A stretch of DNA of 63,801 nt, the filler included, from Licmophora abbreviata (Eukaryota), in NCBI GenBank assembly GCA_900291995.1. It is 26 parts of 26 records of this genome, joined end to end, with 100 filler letters (N's around TTAATTAATTAA, not from the genome) between each part and the next. Parts side by side here need not be neighbours in the genome. Positions count along the whole stretch, not along the records: positions 51,347 to 52,798 come from OLMU01002188.1; positions 52,899 to 54,883 come from OLMU01002189.1; positions 54,984 to 56,656 come from OLMU01002191.1; positions 56,757 to 58,346 come from OLMU01002192.1; positions 58,447 to 59,884 come from OLMU01002193.1; positions 59,985 to 62,116 come from OLMU01002194.1; positions 62,217 to 63,801 come from OLMU01002197.1; 19 more parts are not named here. One strand, 5' to 3'. Positions 52,157-63,536 of the stretch are shown here, in pieces (the stretch's first letter is position 1; the number at the start of each line of letters is the position of its first letter). Below the pieces are notes generated by a model, which saw nothing but the letters and a program-made list of their open reading frames with translations, was not told the DNA's origin and searched no databases. The position numbers were made by a program, and so were the translations under genes.

Positions 52157-53040
52157 ATGACCGTTGTATCGCTTCAGAACACCAGTCAATCGATCTGTAA
52201 TGAGTGCCCCGTTAAAGAAATTGCCTTATGCCATTACGCCGATCCAGCCACTCGCTCCGAACTGTGTCGACTGTTGCACAGTGCCAGCTTTTCACGTGGC
52301 CAATCCATCATCATGCAAGGGGATGCCGCGAAAACCCTCGGGATTGTGACCTCGGGTGTGGTCAAGACAGTCTTCATGACCGAGGACGGGGATACCCAGG
52401 TGCTCGGCCTGCTGTTTCCCGGCGATTTCGTGGGCCGGGCGTTTGAGCCCGAAATGCGCTTTTCCTACGAGGCGGCGACCGACGTGACCATGTGCTCGGT
52501 CAATCGCCGGTCCTTCGAAAGCCTTCTGTCGCGCTCGCCCTCGCTCGAGCGTGGCTATCTCGTGACGACGCTGGCGCAGATGGACGCGATGCGCAGCTGG
52601 ACCTGTCTTCTGCGCGGGCGCACCGCGCGGCAGCGGGTGGCGGCCTATCTGCTCTTTCGCTCCGCCACCGAAGACACCGCCGACGCCTATGTCGAAACCA
52701 TAGGTGACAGGCTGGTGCTCAACCTGCGGCTCAGCCGGATCGACCTGGCCAGCCTGCTGGACATGACGCCGGAAACCTTTTGCCGTTGCCTTCACGCTNN
52801 NNNNNNNNNNNNNNNNNNNNNNNNNNNNNNNNNNNNNNNNNNTTAATTAATTAANNNNNNNNNNNNNNNNNNNNNNNNNNNNNNNNNNNNNNNNNNNNCC
52901 TTCACGCTCTGGCCGATCAGGGGGCAGTGCATGTCTGTGCGCCGCATCTGATCGAGGTTTTGGACAGCGCCCGGCTCGAGGACTTGGCCGGGCCGTCGCT
53001 CGAAGGGCTGGTCGAATACCCGCAACGCGCCGTGGGATGA
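52157..53040 (+). CDS. Crp/Fnr-family regulator, FnrL-like (split by a linker with overlapping flanks)
   Basis: C-x2-C-x7-C (CNECPVKEIALC) plus VTMC; LLFPGDFVG; HTH LSRIDLASLLDMTPETFCR; ends ...QRAVG-TGA at 53040. Confidence 0.88.
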
Positions 53041-53058
53041 CCGGCCTCTCCCGGTGCG

Positions 53059-53122
53059 TCGCCGCCAGCGGCGCACCGGACCATCGCCGCCAGCGGCGCA
53101 CCGGACCATCTCCGCCAGCGGC
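53059..53122. repeat. 25-bp tandem repeat, two full copies plus a partial third
   Basis: TCGCCGCCAGCGGCGCACCGGACCA at 53059-53083 and 53084-53108, degenerate partial copy after. Confidence 0.85.
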
Positions 53123-53132
53123 CAGCTGGGCC

Positions 53133-53555
53133 TCAGCCGGGCCAGAGCCTGCGAATATCGGCGGGCAGGGATTGGCGGATATCGGTCACCTCTCCCTCCG
53201 AGATGCGGGCGCTCAGCAGGCGGAACACCTCCGTGATGTCCTCCTCGCCGCGATATTCCGCATCCCTCTCCAGCCGTTCGCTCACCCGCGCGACAAACGC
53301 CGCCGCCGTGCGTTCCGCCCGGCTTGCGGGAGCCCAGTTTTCATAGAACAGCCCCCGGATCAGCAAGGGCAGTTGCGCCGACATCTGCGCCGCCTCGTTG
53401 ACACTCAGCAGATCGCGCAGCGCCGTCAGGGTGGATCGCAACAGCATCAGCACCTGCCGTTTGTCGGCCCAATCCAGCCGCTCGGCCAGATCGTTGATCC
53501 ATTCATGGGTCAGTTGAACCGTGTGGTCGATCACTTCCAAACCCTGCGTGCTCAT
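53133..53555 (-). CDS. DUF2267-family protein
   Basis: IDHTVQLTHEWI, LTALRDLL..EAAQMSAQLPLLIRGLFYENW, ISEGEV..LPADIRRLWP. Confidence 0.85.
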   Translation of the reverse strand: MSTQGLEVIDHTVQLTHEWINDLAERLDWADKRQVLMLLRSTLTALRDLLSVNEAAQMSAQLPLLIRGLFYENWAPASRAERTAAAFVARVSERLERDAEYRGEEDITEVFRLLSARISEGEVTDIRQSLPADIRRLWPG

Positions 53556-53612
53556 GGGATGCGTCCTTTTCGTGATGCCCCGACAGCATCGCATCACTGG
53601 CGCGCAGATGCG

Positions 53613-53626
53613 TTGACAGCCGTCAA
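53613..53626. promoter_or_regulatory. FNR/FixK-type box between divergent DUF2267 and HPF-CSD genes
   Basis: TTGAC-AGCC-GTCAA perfect dyad; second weaker site TTGCG-GCCC-GTCAA at 53650-53663. Confidence 0.65.
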
Positions 53627-53804
53627 ACCGTAGACGGCCCGCCGGGCCATTGCGGCCCGTCAATGCCGCCACGTCGCCGCCTTGGCATCCTTGCACCGGG
53701 CAGCCGGATGAGGCACGCGCCGTCCGGTCCATGCGTCGCGGGCCGGTCGCTGCGGGCCGCGGGGCCGCCCGCGCGTCACGCTCAAGTCAAAGGATCATCG
53801 CCCC

Positions 53805-54377
53805 ATGCAGACACCGCTCGAACTCACCTTCCGCCACATGGACCAGGACGACGCCCTGCGCGCGTTGATCGAGACGCGCGTGACCCAACTCGATGCGCTC
53901 TTCGACGGGATCACCAGCTGCCATGTCACCCTGCAACCGGGCCATAACCGGCACCGGCAGGGCAATCTCTACGAGGTGACCATCGAGCTGCGCGTGCCCG
54001 GCACCGAACTTGTGGTGCATCCCACCAAGGGCGACGTGCCCGCCCATGAACACCCCCAGGTCGCGATCCGCGATGCCTTCACCGCGATCGAGCGTCAACT
54101 GCGCGCCCACAAGCAGCGGATCTCCGGCGAGGTCAAGCAGCATGAGGGCATGTTGCAGGGCCGCATCGCCCAGATCGACCACGCCGCCGATTTCGGCCAG
54201 ATCGCAACCACCGACAACCGGCTGATCTATTTTCACCGCAACGCGGTGGTGGATGGCGATTTCGACGCGCTCAGCCTGCGCGACCCGGTGGAACTGGTGG
54301 TCAACAGCCGCGACAGCGCCATCGGCCCGCAAGCCAGCACCGTCCGCCCGATCGGCGCGCAGGAATACGAACCCTGA
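53805..54377 (+). CDS. HPF/RaiA-family ribosome-associated protein with C-terminal cold-shock domain
   Basis: MQTPLELTFRH, ITSCHV, AIRDAF..IERQL; CSD-like FGQIAT..IYFHRNAV, GPQASTV. Confidence 0.88.
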   Translation: MQTPLELTFRHMDQDDALRALIETRVTQLDALFDGITSCHVTLQPGHNRHRQGNLYEVTIELRVPGTELVVHPTKGDVPAHEHPQVAIRDAFTAIERQLRAHKQRISGEVKQHEGMLQGRIAQIDHAADFGQIATTDNRLIYFHRNAVVDGDFDALSLRDPVELVVNSRDSAIGPQASTVRPIGAQEYEP

Positions 54378-54436
54378 CCCGGCGGCGCGGGATCAACACC
54401 GGATCAGCGCCGGATCACATATGGGGCAGGGCGCGC

Positions 54437-54883
54437 CTATTCGCTCCAGTCATGCACATGCACGTCCCGCCCCGAATGCCCCTTGAGAATGCTCACCGCC
54501 TTCTCCTTGCGCTCGTCGTCCTTGACGCGCACCCATAACAGGATGCCGCCATGGCGGATCTGGTTCTCGTAATACTCCTTGTGATGCCGGCCTACGCGCC
54601 GCGCCAGCAGCGTGCCGATCACCGCCGCAGGCCCGCCACCAATCGCAATCGCCGCGATCGAGGCCGCCAGCGTGCTCACCGGCGTCAGCAAAGCGGCCAT
54701 AGCGATATAGGAGCCAAGGAAAAAGAACCCGCCCGCGATGGCCCCCTCCAGCTCGCCCATCGCCTCTTCCGAGACGAAATGCGCCCTTGGCGCATGCGGG
54801 TCATCCTCAAGATCCTCGGACCGCCAAAAGGCGCGGCCCAGCTTGGCCTCCAGCGCCTTTGTGACCCCAAAAGGCTCATGTCA
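54437..54883 (-). CDS. Hypothetical membrane protein (general-stress-protein-like), 5' end in gap, apparent homopolymer frameshift near 54858
   Basis: Gly/Ala-rich TM region followed by YYENQIRHGGILLWVRV...ILKGHSGRDVHVH. Confidence 0.65.
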
Positions 54884-55084
54884 NNNNNNNNNNNNNNNNN
54901 NNNNNNNNNNNNNNNNNNNNNNNNNNNTTAATTAATTAANNNNNNNNNNNNNNNNNNNNNNNNNNNNNNNNNNNNNNNNNNNNCGCGCGACGAATGCGCC
55001 TATTCGCGCGGCGACGGCACCTATGTGATCCGGCCTTGCCCGTGATCTGGCACTGCACGTGATCGCGCGCAGACCGGCGCTTCC

Positions 55085-58000
55085 TCAGTAATCGCGCTCG
55101 AAGAAAATCCCGATCCCGGTATCGCCATCGGTGCCGACGCTGCCGCGCACGGTGACGCTGCGGCTCAGATCGAGGTTCAGGTCGACTTTCTGATTGCCGT
55201 CGCTGTCGGCGGTCACCTCGGAATAGACATTCTCCGAGATATAAGCCCCGGCGGTAAAGGCGGTCGCGCCTTCGGCGGTGCTCGTGACATCCAGATTGCT
55301 CAGGCCAAGCGCATTGCGCACCCCCCCGAACAGCCCGCCATCCAGCCCCCCGGTCAGCGTGGCCACCGCTGCGGCCAGCTGTGCCGCCTGAAACGGCGAG
55401 ATGTCGTCGATGCCGCGCCCGAAGATCAGCCGCGAGACCACTTCTTCCTGTGGCAACTCCGGGCTCGACGCGAAGATGATCTCGGGCGCGCTGGCAAGGC
55501 CGCGGATGATGACCTGCACGGTCATGTCCTCCACATCGGTCTCGGCGACGAATTCCAGATAAGGGTCGAAGGCACCGCGCAGATCGATCACACCCGAGGT
55601 CAGCGTCAGCCTCTGGCCCAGGATATCCAGCCGCCCGCGCTGCAACTGGAAGGTTCCACTCGGGACCACGTTGGTTGTCGTACCCTGTATCCGCAAGCTG
55701 CCGCCCAGTTCCGCATCCAGCCCGCGACCGCGCACGAAAATGCGGTTCGGCGCGCTGATGGTGATGTCCAGGTTGCGGCCCGGTCCCGGCGGGCTCTCCT
55801 CTTCCGCGATCAGCCCCGCGTTGCGGCGGGTCCGCGTCACATAATCCGGCGGGTTGATATGCCGGATCTGAGGCAAAAGCCCCACATTCGCCGTTGTGCT
55901 GGTCGGCACCCGGATTTCTGTCTGCCCCAGCACCAGATCGCCCCTCATTAAGGCCGCTCCCGCGACCGGCCCGGTCAGGTTGATCGTGCCACTGACCTCG
56001 GTGCGGTAGAGATCGGGATCGCTGTGCCCCACGGAGGTCAGTGTCGCGACAACATCCGCAGGGTAGGGCGCGGCAAGCCCGATTGTCCCCGCCGCACGGA
56101 TCGTGCCGCCTTCGCGGCCCAGCGCGCTCATGTCCAACGCCGCGCTTGCACCGCTCAGCGTGATCCGTCCCGTCAGATCGTCCAACGCGGCGTTCAGCGT
56201 CGGAAAGGACACCTGTCCCCCCGACAGATCGATGCGCCCCGACACCGACGACAGCGCCGGTGCACCGTCGATGGACAGATCATAGCGCGCCGTTCCCGAC
56301 ACCGATCTCGGCGCGATGAAGGCATTGGCCAGCCCAAGCGGCAGCGTGCCACTCGCCTTCAGCGCCAGCCTCTGGCCCAGATCGGCGATGCTCCCCGTCA
56401 GCTTCGCGGTGGTGCCGCCGGGACCGGTCAGCCCCAGATCGACGCCGATATCGCGCCCCGTCTCGTCGCGCAGCATGATCTGCCCCGCCGCCTCGACCGG
56501 CCCGGAAAAGCCCGGCGCCAGCAGCGCCAGATCGTCGAGCCGCCCATTCACGGTGATGGGCGCGCTCGGCTGGCTGCCGCGTGCCGACAGCGACACGCGC
56601 CTGCTTTCGACGCTCAGCACGTCGAGCACGATCCGCGCGTCCTGTCGCCTGACCTTNNNNNNNNNNNNNNNNNNNNNNNNNNNNNNNNNNNNNNNNNNNN
56701 TTAATTAATTAANNNNNNNNNNNNNNNNNNNNNNNNNNNNNNNNNNNNNNNNNNNNTCATCGAGCCGTCCCGACAGATCCGCCTCCAGCGCCGAATTCCA
56801 GATCTGCAGCCGGTCCAGAACCGTGCCCGTCTCGTTGCGCCGCGCCGTGGCGCGCAGCCGCGTTTGCGGCGCCAGCACCGGATCAAGCCGCGCCACATCG
56901 AGCGCCAGCGCTTCGGTCTCGGCCTCCAGCGCCAGATCGAACGCCCCCCCCAGAAGCGTGCCTTGCCCCTGAACCGTCGTGTCGATCCGGCCCGCCAGAT
57001 CGCGCCCCGCAAGCCCTGCAAACCGTCCCAGATCCGCCGCCCTCAGCGTCGCGCGCCCCCGCAGTGGAAAGCCCTCGCCAAGCCCGTCAAGCTCGCCCAC
57101 CGCGCGCAGCTCGGCATTGCCGCTGCTCACATCGAGCCGGGTGATCTCCAGCGCCGCACCCTCCTGCCAGCGCATCTCGAGCCGCCCCTCGGGCGCCGCA
57201 CCCACCGCCTCGCTGAGTGCGGCATCGCTCTGGTCCACAAAACCGCGCAGCCCGAAATCCAGCTCCGCCACAAGACGGCGCACCTCACCGCGCAGGATCT
57301 GGCCACGCCCCTCAAGCCGCGCTTCGCCGATCCGCAGCCCCTCGCGTTGCAGCTCATCCACCACCGCGCTCGCCTGCCAGCCCTGACCCTCGGCCGCATC
57401 ATAGCGCGCGCTCAGATCGGCCCGCCGCAGCCGCGTCGGCGGGCCTGCCACCGGCAACCGCAGCAGCGCGCCGCCCGCATCCAGCCCTCCGTCCAGCGTC
57501 ACCCGCACCGGCCAGCCCGCGGCATCAAGTTCCAGCGCGCCCTTCAGGTGCAGCCGCTCCGTCGCAAGCGTCACATCTTCGATCACCGTGCCGCCCTCGG
57601 GCCGGGTCTGCCCGATCAGCCGAAGCTGCGACCTGTCCCCGAAAAACCCCTGCAGTTCGGGCGTGAAGAAGGGGCGCACATCCCCGCCAAGCCGCGCCTC
57701 GAAACGCCGCGCGCCGGTCTCGGGATCGCCCTGCAAGCGCAGCGTGCCGGTCAGCCGTGGCACCTCGTTGCGCAAGAGCGTCAGCCGTGCCTCGTAATCG
57801 TCCAGCGGCGCCTCGCCCGCAAGCGCCAGCCCAAGCGCGGGCCGACCGGGCAGGTTCATAAGCCCCGCCACGATGCCGCCCGGGCCTTCATTTACATCCA
57901 GATCGACCGCCAAGATACGGGTTTCATTTGAATAACTGGCATTCAGACTCAACCCCCCGTCACCATCCAGCCGCGTGACCTCCAGATCGGCGGCCCCGTC

Positions 58001-58638
58001 ACCGGCGTCCAGCGATACCGCGCCCTGAATCGACAGCGCCACCGCCTCGCCCAGAACCGGGGCGCCCAAGCCCACCCGCTCGATGCTGATCTGCCCGATA
58101 TTCACAGCTACCGGCAATTCCGGCAGCGCAAAGGGCCGGGCCACGGCATCCTCCGGCTCCAGCCCGCCCACGGGCACCGGCTGGCGGGGCATGATGATCT
58201 CGGCGGCGGTCAGCCGGTTGACCTCCAGCCGCCCGCGCAGCAGCGCGCTGCGCGTCCAGTCGAGCGTCACATCGCGCAGGGTCAGCCAGACGCCCTCGCC
58301 ATCGGCGATGGTCAATTCCTCAAGACTGGCCTGCGACGACAGCGCGNNNNNNNNNNNNNNNNNNNNNNNNNNNNNNNNNNNNNNNNNNNNTTAATTAATT
58401 AANNNNNNNNNNNNNNNNNNNNNNNNNNNNNNNNNNNNNNNNNNNNCTCAAGACTGGCCTGCGACGACAGCGCGCCGCGAAATCCCGTGATCCGCACGTC
58501 GCGGCCCACATCCGACAGGTTGTCCTCGATGAAGCCCTGCAACAGACCGCGCTCCCGGTCGTCCTCTTGGGCAAAGGCTCCGGGGGCCGCGACGACCGCC
58601 CAGAGGATCAGCGCCAATATGGTCCAGAAACTCCGCAT
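55085..58638 (-). CDS. tamB: Translocation and assembly module TamB (split by two linkers)
   Basis: DGEGVWL..LDWTRSALL; RIFVRGRGLDAELGG; SSPELPQEEV; GAYISENVY; IFFERDY. Confidence 0.92.
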
Positions 58639-60509
58639 CAAAAGGCCTGCCCGATCCCGATATAAACCTCGATCCCGCCGCTGTCCTTGTTGTCCAGCGC
58701 CGTGGCCACATCCAGCCGGATCGGCCCGATCCCCGTGTCATAGCGCAGGCCAAGCCCCGCCCCGCTATGCCAGTCGCCATTCTCGGTGCCCCAGCTGTCC
58801 GCGCCGACAAAGCCCAAATCGTAAAACCCCACCAGCGACACGCCATACCGCATCTCGGCGCGCAGCTCTCCCGACAGCGCCAGAAACGAGCGCCCGCCGA
58901 TGCTGCGCCCGGCCCCAAGATCGACCGACAGCGATTGATAGGGCTGGCCGCGCACCGTTCCGGCGCCGCCCGAATAGAACAGCATCCCCGGCGGCACCTC
59001 GGTCGCCGCCGCGCCCGAAACCGAGCCGATCTGCGCGCGCCCCGCCAGAACGAAGCGGTCATTCTCGCCAAAGCCCAGAAAGCCCCGCGCATCGGCGTAA
59101 AGTCTGGTGCCGCTCGCGCTGCCGTTCACCCCTGCAAAGGGCGTGGCCTGCACATCCAAAAAGGCGCCATCCTTGGCGTTCAGCGGATCGTCCCTTGTGT
59201 CCCATGTCGCGCGCAGCGGGAACAGCACATGCTCAAGTGTGCGCGAGCCCAGATCGTCATCCACCTCCGAATAGCGATAGGCGATCCCGGCTTCGCCGCT
59301 CAGCTCGTCGGAAAAGCGATGCGTCAGACCGGCGCCGATCTCGGCGCTGCGCTCGCGGTAATCCGGCTCATCTTCCTCGGCCAGCGCAAAGCTCAGAAAC
59401 AGGCCCGTATCGCGCGTGAATGTCGCGGGCCGGTCCAGCCGCGCCGATAGGCTGTAATCCATCCCGCCTGAGTCGCCGCCGATCCCGCCCAGTTCGGCAT
59501 CCACCCGAAAGCGCTCGGCCCCGCCGAACAGGTTGCGATGTAACCAGAACCCCGACAGCGTAACCCCCTCCAGCGAGGATAGCTCGGCGCCAAACCCGAT
59601 GCGCCGGGGGCGTTCATCGGCGACCTGCGCCTCGATATCGAGCGTGTTGCCCGGCCCGATCTCCTCGGCCTCCTGCAGCGCCACCGAGCGGAACGCGCCT
59701 GTCCGGCGCAGCCGGTCGGCGGCCTCGCTGACCTCGTCCGGCGTATAGACCTCTCCCGTCGGCAGGCCCGCGATTTCGCGGATGCGATCGGGGCGCACGC
59801 GCCCGGTTTCGGTCACCAGCAGATCCCCGAAGCGCAGCCTTGGTCCGGGGCGCAGCCGGATATCGGCGGCCAGCATGGCGATATNNNNNNNNNNNNNNNN
59901 NNNNNNNNNNNNNNNNNNNNNNNNNNNNTTAATTAATTAANNNNNNNNNNNNNNNNNNNNNNNNNNNNNNNNNNNNNNNNNNNNGGCCTTGGCATGGCCC
60001 GCCGCGCGCCAGCCATTGATCCCGGCGGTGGTCGCCGCCTCGATCATCCCGACCTCGGCGGTCTTTCCCACGGCGAAACCCTCGGGCAGGGCGGTGCCCG
60101 GCGCCAGCGGCGTGACCGAGGCTTGCGAAAAGGTGAATTTCGGACCGGCAAGCACCGTGATCGTGATGCGCTCGATCCGGTCGATCCGGCTCAGCGGGTC
60201 GATCTCGGCGGCTTCGCGGCCATCCACGCTGATCGTCACGTCGCCGCCATAAAGCCCCGCACCATACAGAACGCCGACCATGCGCGCATAATCCGCGCGC
60301 GCGGCGGCCACAAGATCCTGCGGAGTAGGGGCCTCGTCACGCCGCGCCGCCGCCAGAACAAGCGACGCCGACGTCAGTTGCTCGGTCAGCTTTTCCGGCG
60401 CGCCCGGCGCTTGCAATGTCAATTCCGTGGCCCGAACCGCCTGCGCCGACAGCATGAGCGCCACCAGCATCGGCATAAATCGCCGGCCCTTCACAAATGA
60501 TTCGAACAA
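58638..60509 (-). CDS. tamA: TamA / Omp85-family outer membrane protein (split by a linker)
   Basis: HRNLFGGAE, FYSGGAGTVRG, GLRYDTGIGPIRLDVA, YIGIGQAF. Confidence 0.93.
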
Positions 60510-60592
60510 AAGTCAGCTCCGTTACTGCGCCGCAGTCTACCTGAACTTCACCGGGCTGCGAGCCGATAGCCGGGGCAGGGGCCGAAATGCGC

Positions 60593-62116
60593 TCAGATCG
60601 CTTTGCCGGACTTGGCCAGCTCGGACTCCAGCGCCTTTTCAACCGCGCCGCGCGGCTTGGTGAACCGTGCCAGCAGGTCATAAAGCACCGGCGTCACCAG
60701 CAGCATCATCGCCGTGGCGAAAAGCAGCCCCGCGATGATGACCGTGCCGATGGCGTTGCGGCTTTCCGCGCCCGCCCCCGTCGCCAGAACCAGCGGCAGC
60801 GCGCCCAGCACCGTCGACACGACCGTCATCACGATCGGCCTGAGCCGCAGTACCGAGGCCTGCAGCACCGCCTCGCGGACATCCTTGCCCTCGTCGCGCA
60901 GCTGGTTGGCGAATTCCACGATCAGGATGCCGTTCTTGGCCACCAGCCCGATCAGCAGGATGATCCCGATCTGACTGTAGACATTGATCGACAGCCCCGT
61001 CAGCGCCATCGCATAGATCGCCCCCGCCACGCCCGCAGGTACCGTCAGCATGATCGTCACCGGATGCACGAAACTTTCGAATTGCGCCGCCAGCACGAGG
61101 AACACGATCAGGATCGACAGCGCAAAGACCAGACCCACCCCCGCCGACGTGTCCTTGAACGTGCGCGACTGCCCCTGATAGCCCAGCGCCGCCTCCGCAG
61201 GCAGGATCTCGGCCGCCGCCTCCTCGATCCGGGTCAGCACCGTGCCCAGATCGGCCCCCGGCGCCAGCGCCCCCGACAGCTGGATCGACGGCAGCCGGTC
61301 GAACCGGCGCAGCGACGGCGCCGCCGCATTCTCGGTCACCGTCACCAGCGCGCCCAACGGCACCAGCGTCTCGCCATCGCCCGAGCGCACGAAGATGTTG
61401 TTGATATCCGACGGCGTGCGCCGGTCCTCTTCCTCGGCCTGCGCGATCACCGGATATTCGCGCCCCCGGCTCACGAAAGTGGTCACCTCGCGCGACGCCA
61501 GCATCGTCTGCAGCGTATTGGCCACCGTCTCGACCGAGATGCCCAGGTCATCGGCGCGTTCGCGGTCGATGGTCACATCGAGCTGCGGCAGGTTTTCCTC
61601 GAAGTTGATCTCCGGATTCACCAGCCCCTCGATCTCTTCCGCACGGCTCAGAAGCGCCTGTGCCCATTCCTTCACATCGCCGAATTCCGGCCCGCCGATC
61701 ACCACCTGCACCGGGGTCGAATTGCCGCGCAGGCCCAACCCCGCAGGCGTCACCGGAAAGCCGCGTGCGACGGTCACCTGGGCCATCTGCGGGATCAGCC
61801 GTGTCACCACATCCGAGACCGGCACGCTCCGCTCGTCCCAGGGCGCCAGCCGGAACACCACGAAACTGCGCCACGCGCGGTTGCCCCAGCCGGTGAAGGT
61901 GAACACTGTCTCGACGATGCCTTCCTCGCGCAGAGGTGCAAGGATCTCCTCGACCTGCCGTGCGGCCTGATCGGTATAGGCCAGCGTGCTGCCCTGCGGC
62001 GCGGTCAGCGGCACGAACCCCACGCCCCGGTCCTCGCGCGGGGCCAGTTCCCTCGGCAGCCCATCATAGAACAGATACGCCCCCGCCGTCGCCCCGAAGG
62101 CCAGCACCAGCACCAC
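60593..62116 (-). CDS. RND efflux permease (AcrB family), 5' half in gap
   Basis: PREDRG, LVLAAQFES, GLVAKNGILIVEFA, RLRPIVMT. Confidence 0.94.
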   Translation of the reverse strand: MVLVLAFGATAGAYLFYDGLPRELAPREDRGVGFVPLTAPQGSTLAYTDQAARQVEEILAPLREEGIVETVFTFTGWGNRAWRSFVVFRLAPWDERSVPVSDVVTRLIPQMAQVTVARGFPVTPAGLGLRGNSTPVQVVIGGPEFGDVKEWAQALLSRAEEIEGLVNPEINFEENLPQLDVTIDRERADDLGISVETVANTLQTMLASREVTTFVSRGREYPVIAQAEEEDRRTPSDINNIFVRSGDGETLVPLGALVTVTENAAAPSLRRFDRLPSIQLSGALAPGADLGTVLTRIEEAAAEILPAEAALGYQGQSRTFKDTSAGVGLVFALSILIVFLVLAAQFESFVHPVTIMLTVPAGVAGAIYAMALTGLSINVYSQIGIILLIGLVAKNGILIVEFANQLRDEGKDVREAVLQASVLRLRPIVMTVVSTVLGALPLVLATGAGAESRNAIGTVIIAGLLFATAMMLLVTPVLYDLLARFTKPRGAVEKALESELAKSGKAI

Positions 62117-62216
62117 NNNNNNNNNNNNNNNNNNNNNNNNNNNNNNNNNNNNNNNNNNNNTTAATTAATTAANNNNNNNNNNNNNNNNNNNNNNNNNNNN
62201 NNNNNNNNNNNNNNNN

Positions 62217-62782
62217 CTCATCAATGCCATTTTCTGCAATGTGCTGGTCAGCGAGGTGCGCTCGGCCTGCGCTGCCTTGGCACCTATAGAGATCGCTTCG
62301 CTGGAGAGCCGCCGAATGGCCGGTGTCAGAGCATTCGTCGCATCCAGAAGCGTGGCCCGCTCTGCTATCAACGCGGCGTCGGACGTGTCGAAAAACGGAA
62401 GCATGCCGGTCAGTTCGGAAAAAATGATGTCCAGCTGTTGATCCGCCGCCGAGCCATTCAGAGCGGCGCGGTAACCCGATCCGTTTTTCATCGCGTTCGC
62501 GCGGCTGTAGAGGATATCGAACCGCTGCCGCGCATGCGTGATCGTGTCTTCGGTCGGGTCTTCCAGCCGCTCGAGGGCCGTGGCCAGCTTGATCTGCTCG
62601 ACCTCAAGCTGCGACATCGTCCACTGGATATTGTCGATCGGCGTGCTGCCGTAATGATCCAGTTTGACGAAGACCTGCACCGCAAGAAAGGCAGTCACGA
62701 TCATGCAAACCAAGGACATCGACCCAAAAATGGTGATCTGAACCTTGCGCCGTGAAAGCCGTTTCTGGGTGGTTGAGAACAT
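62217..62782 (-). CDS. Membrane sensor N-terminus with DcpA-like periplasmic domain (output domain in gap)
   Basis: TM helix, then WTMSQLEVE (WX7E) and RFDILYSR; start of a second TM at the gap; directly downstream of the PruR-like gene. Confidence 0.7.
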
Positions 62783-62820
62783 CTTCAATGATAAGGTCCG
62801 TCTGTGGCCAAGTCTGCAAA

Positions 62821-63330
62821 CTATCGTTTCACGATGATCCGGTCCAGTTGCCATATGCTGCGGGAATAATGGATTTCGTTCCGGTAGGCGGGATTTTCGT
62901 CCCAATCAAACACCAACCACAATGGTCCCTTGTCGCGCAGCAACATCTCTTGCCCGTTGCGTTCATAGGCGAGCAGCGCGCCGCCGGGGTAAATATCGTT
63001 TACTGGAATTTCCACCCGGTAATCATTGATGGCAACAAGTTCCAAGGTGCCTGTCGTGATGCCGTGGTGAGCCAGCAAGGTGGCCAGCCAGACCCCCGAA
63101 AAGACTTGAGGTTCCAGTGTCCATAATGTCGTCGTCTCGAAGGATGCGACCGGCAGGGCGCGCAAGTCCGACAATGTCATTCGAACGGGTAAGATGCTGT
63201 TTTCGGACGATGATTGCGGCTGCTCGGTGTGGATCGATAGGATGACCGGTGTCTGCTCCGCCATGGCGGCAGGGGCACATGGGACCGATAAAGAGAGACA
63301 CATCAAACCTATGAACGAGACCGCCTTCAC
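62821..63330 (-). CDS. PruR-like periplasmic pterin-binding protein (molybdopterin-oxidoreductase-like fold)
   Basis: Signal peptide; TTTLW, FSGVWL, AINDY, RDKGPLWLV, RSIWQL. Confidence 0.78.
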   Translation of the reverse strand: MKAVSFIGLMCLSLSVPCAPAAMAEQTPVILSIHTEQPQSSSENSILPVRMTLSDLRALPVASFETTTLWTLEPQVFSGVWLATLLAHHGITTGTLELVAINDYRVEIPVNDIYPGGALLAYERNGQEMLLRDKGPLWLVFDWDENPAYRNEIHYSRSIWQLDRIIVKR

Positions 63331-63456
63331 GCGCCTGAAACCTCATGTCTTCGGCAAACTCCTGAGGACAGGATACGGTTGTTTGGCGACATCTCGCCAG
63401 CATTTTTCTATGCTTGCGGGTAATATGCGCATACACTTTCGCGCAAGAGGCCTGTA

Positions 63457-63472
63457 TTAAACCGGCGTTAAC
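63457..63472. promoter_or_regulatory. CtrA-type binding site
   Basis: TTAA-ACCGGCG-TTAAC matches TTAA-N7-TTAAC, in a divergent intergenic region. Confidence 0.6.
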
Positions 63473-63536
63473 CCTAACAGATGCATGGTTGCGTCTCGAC
63501 GATGCCGACAGAAACCGGGTGCTTGCAGGAGGGCTC

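Noticed and set aside
53059..53122. Mini CRISPR array
   Set aside because: Repeats are directly adjacent with no spacers, and no cas genes are present.
6086..62216. 25 copies of TTAATTAATTAA flanked by N runs, superficially a dispersed repeat
   Set aside because: Identical 100-nt six-frame-stop linker inserted between contigs; not biological.
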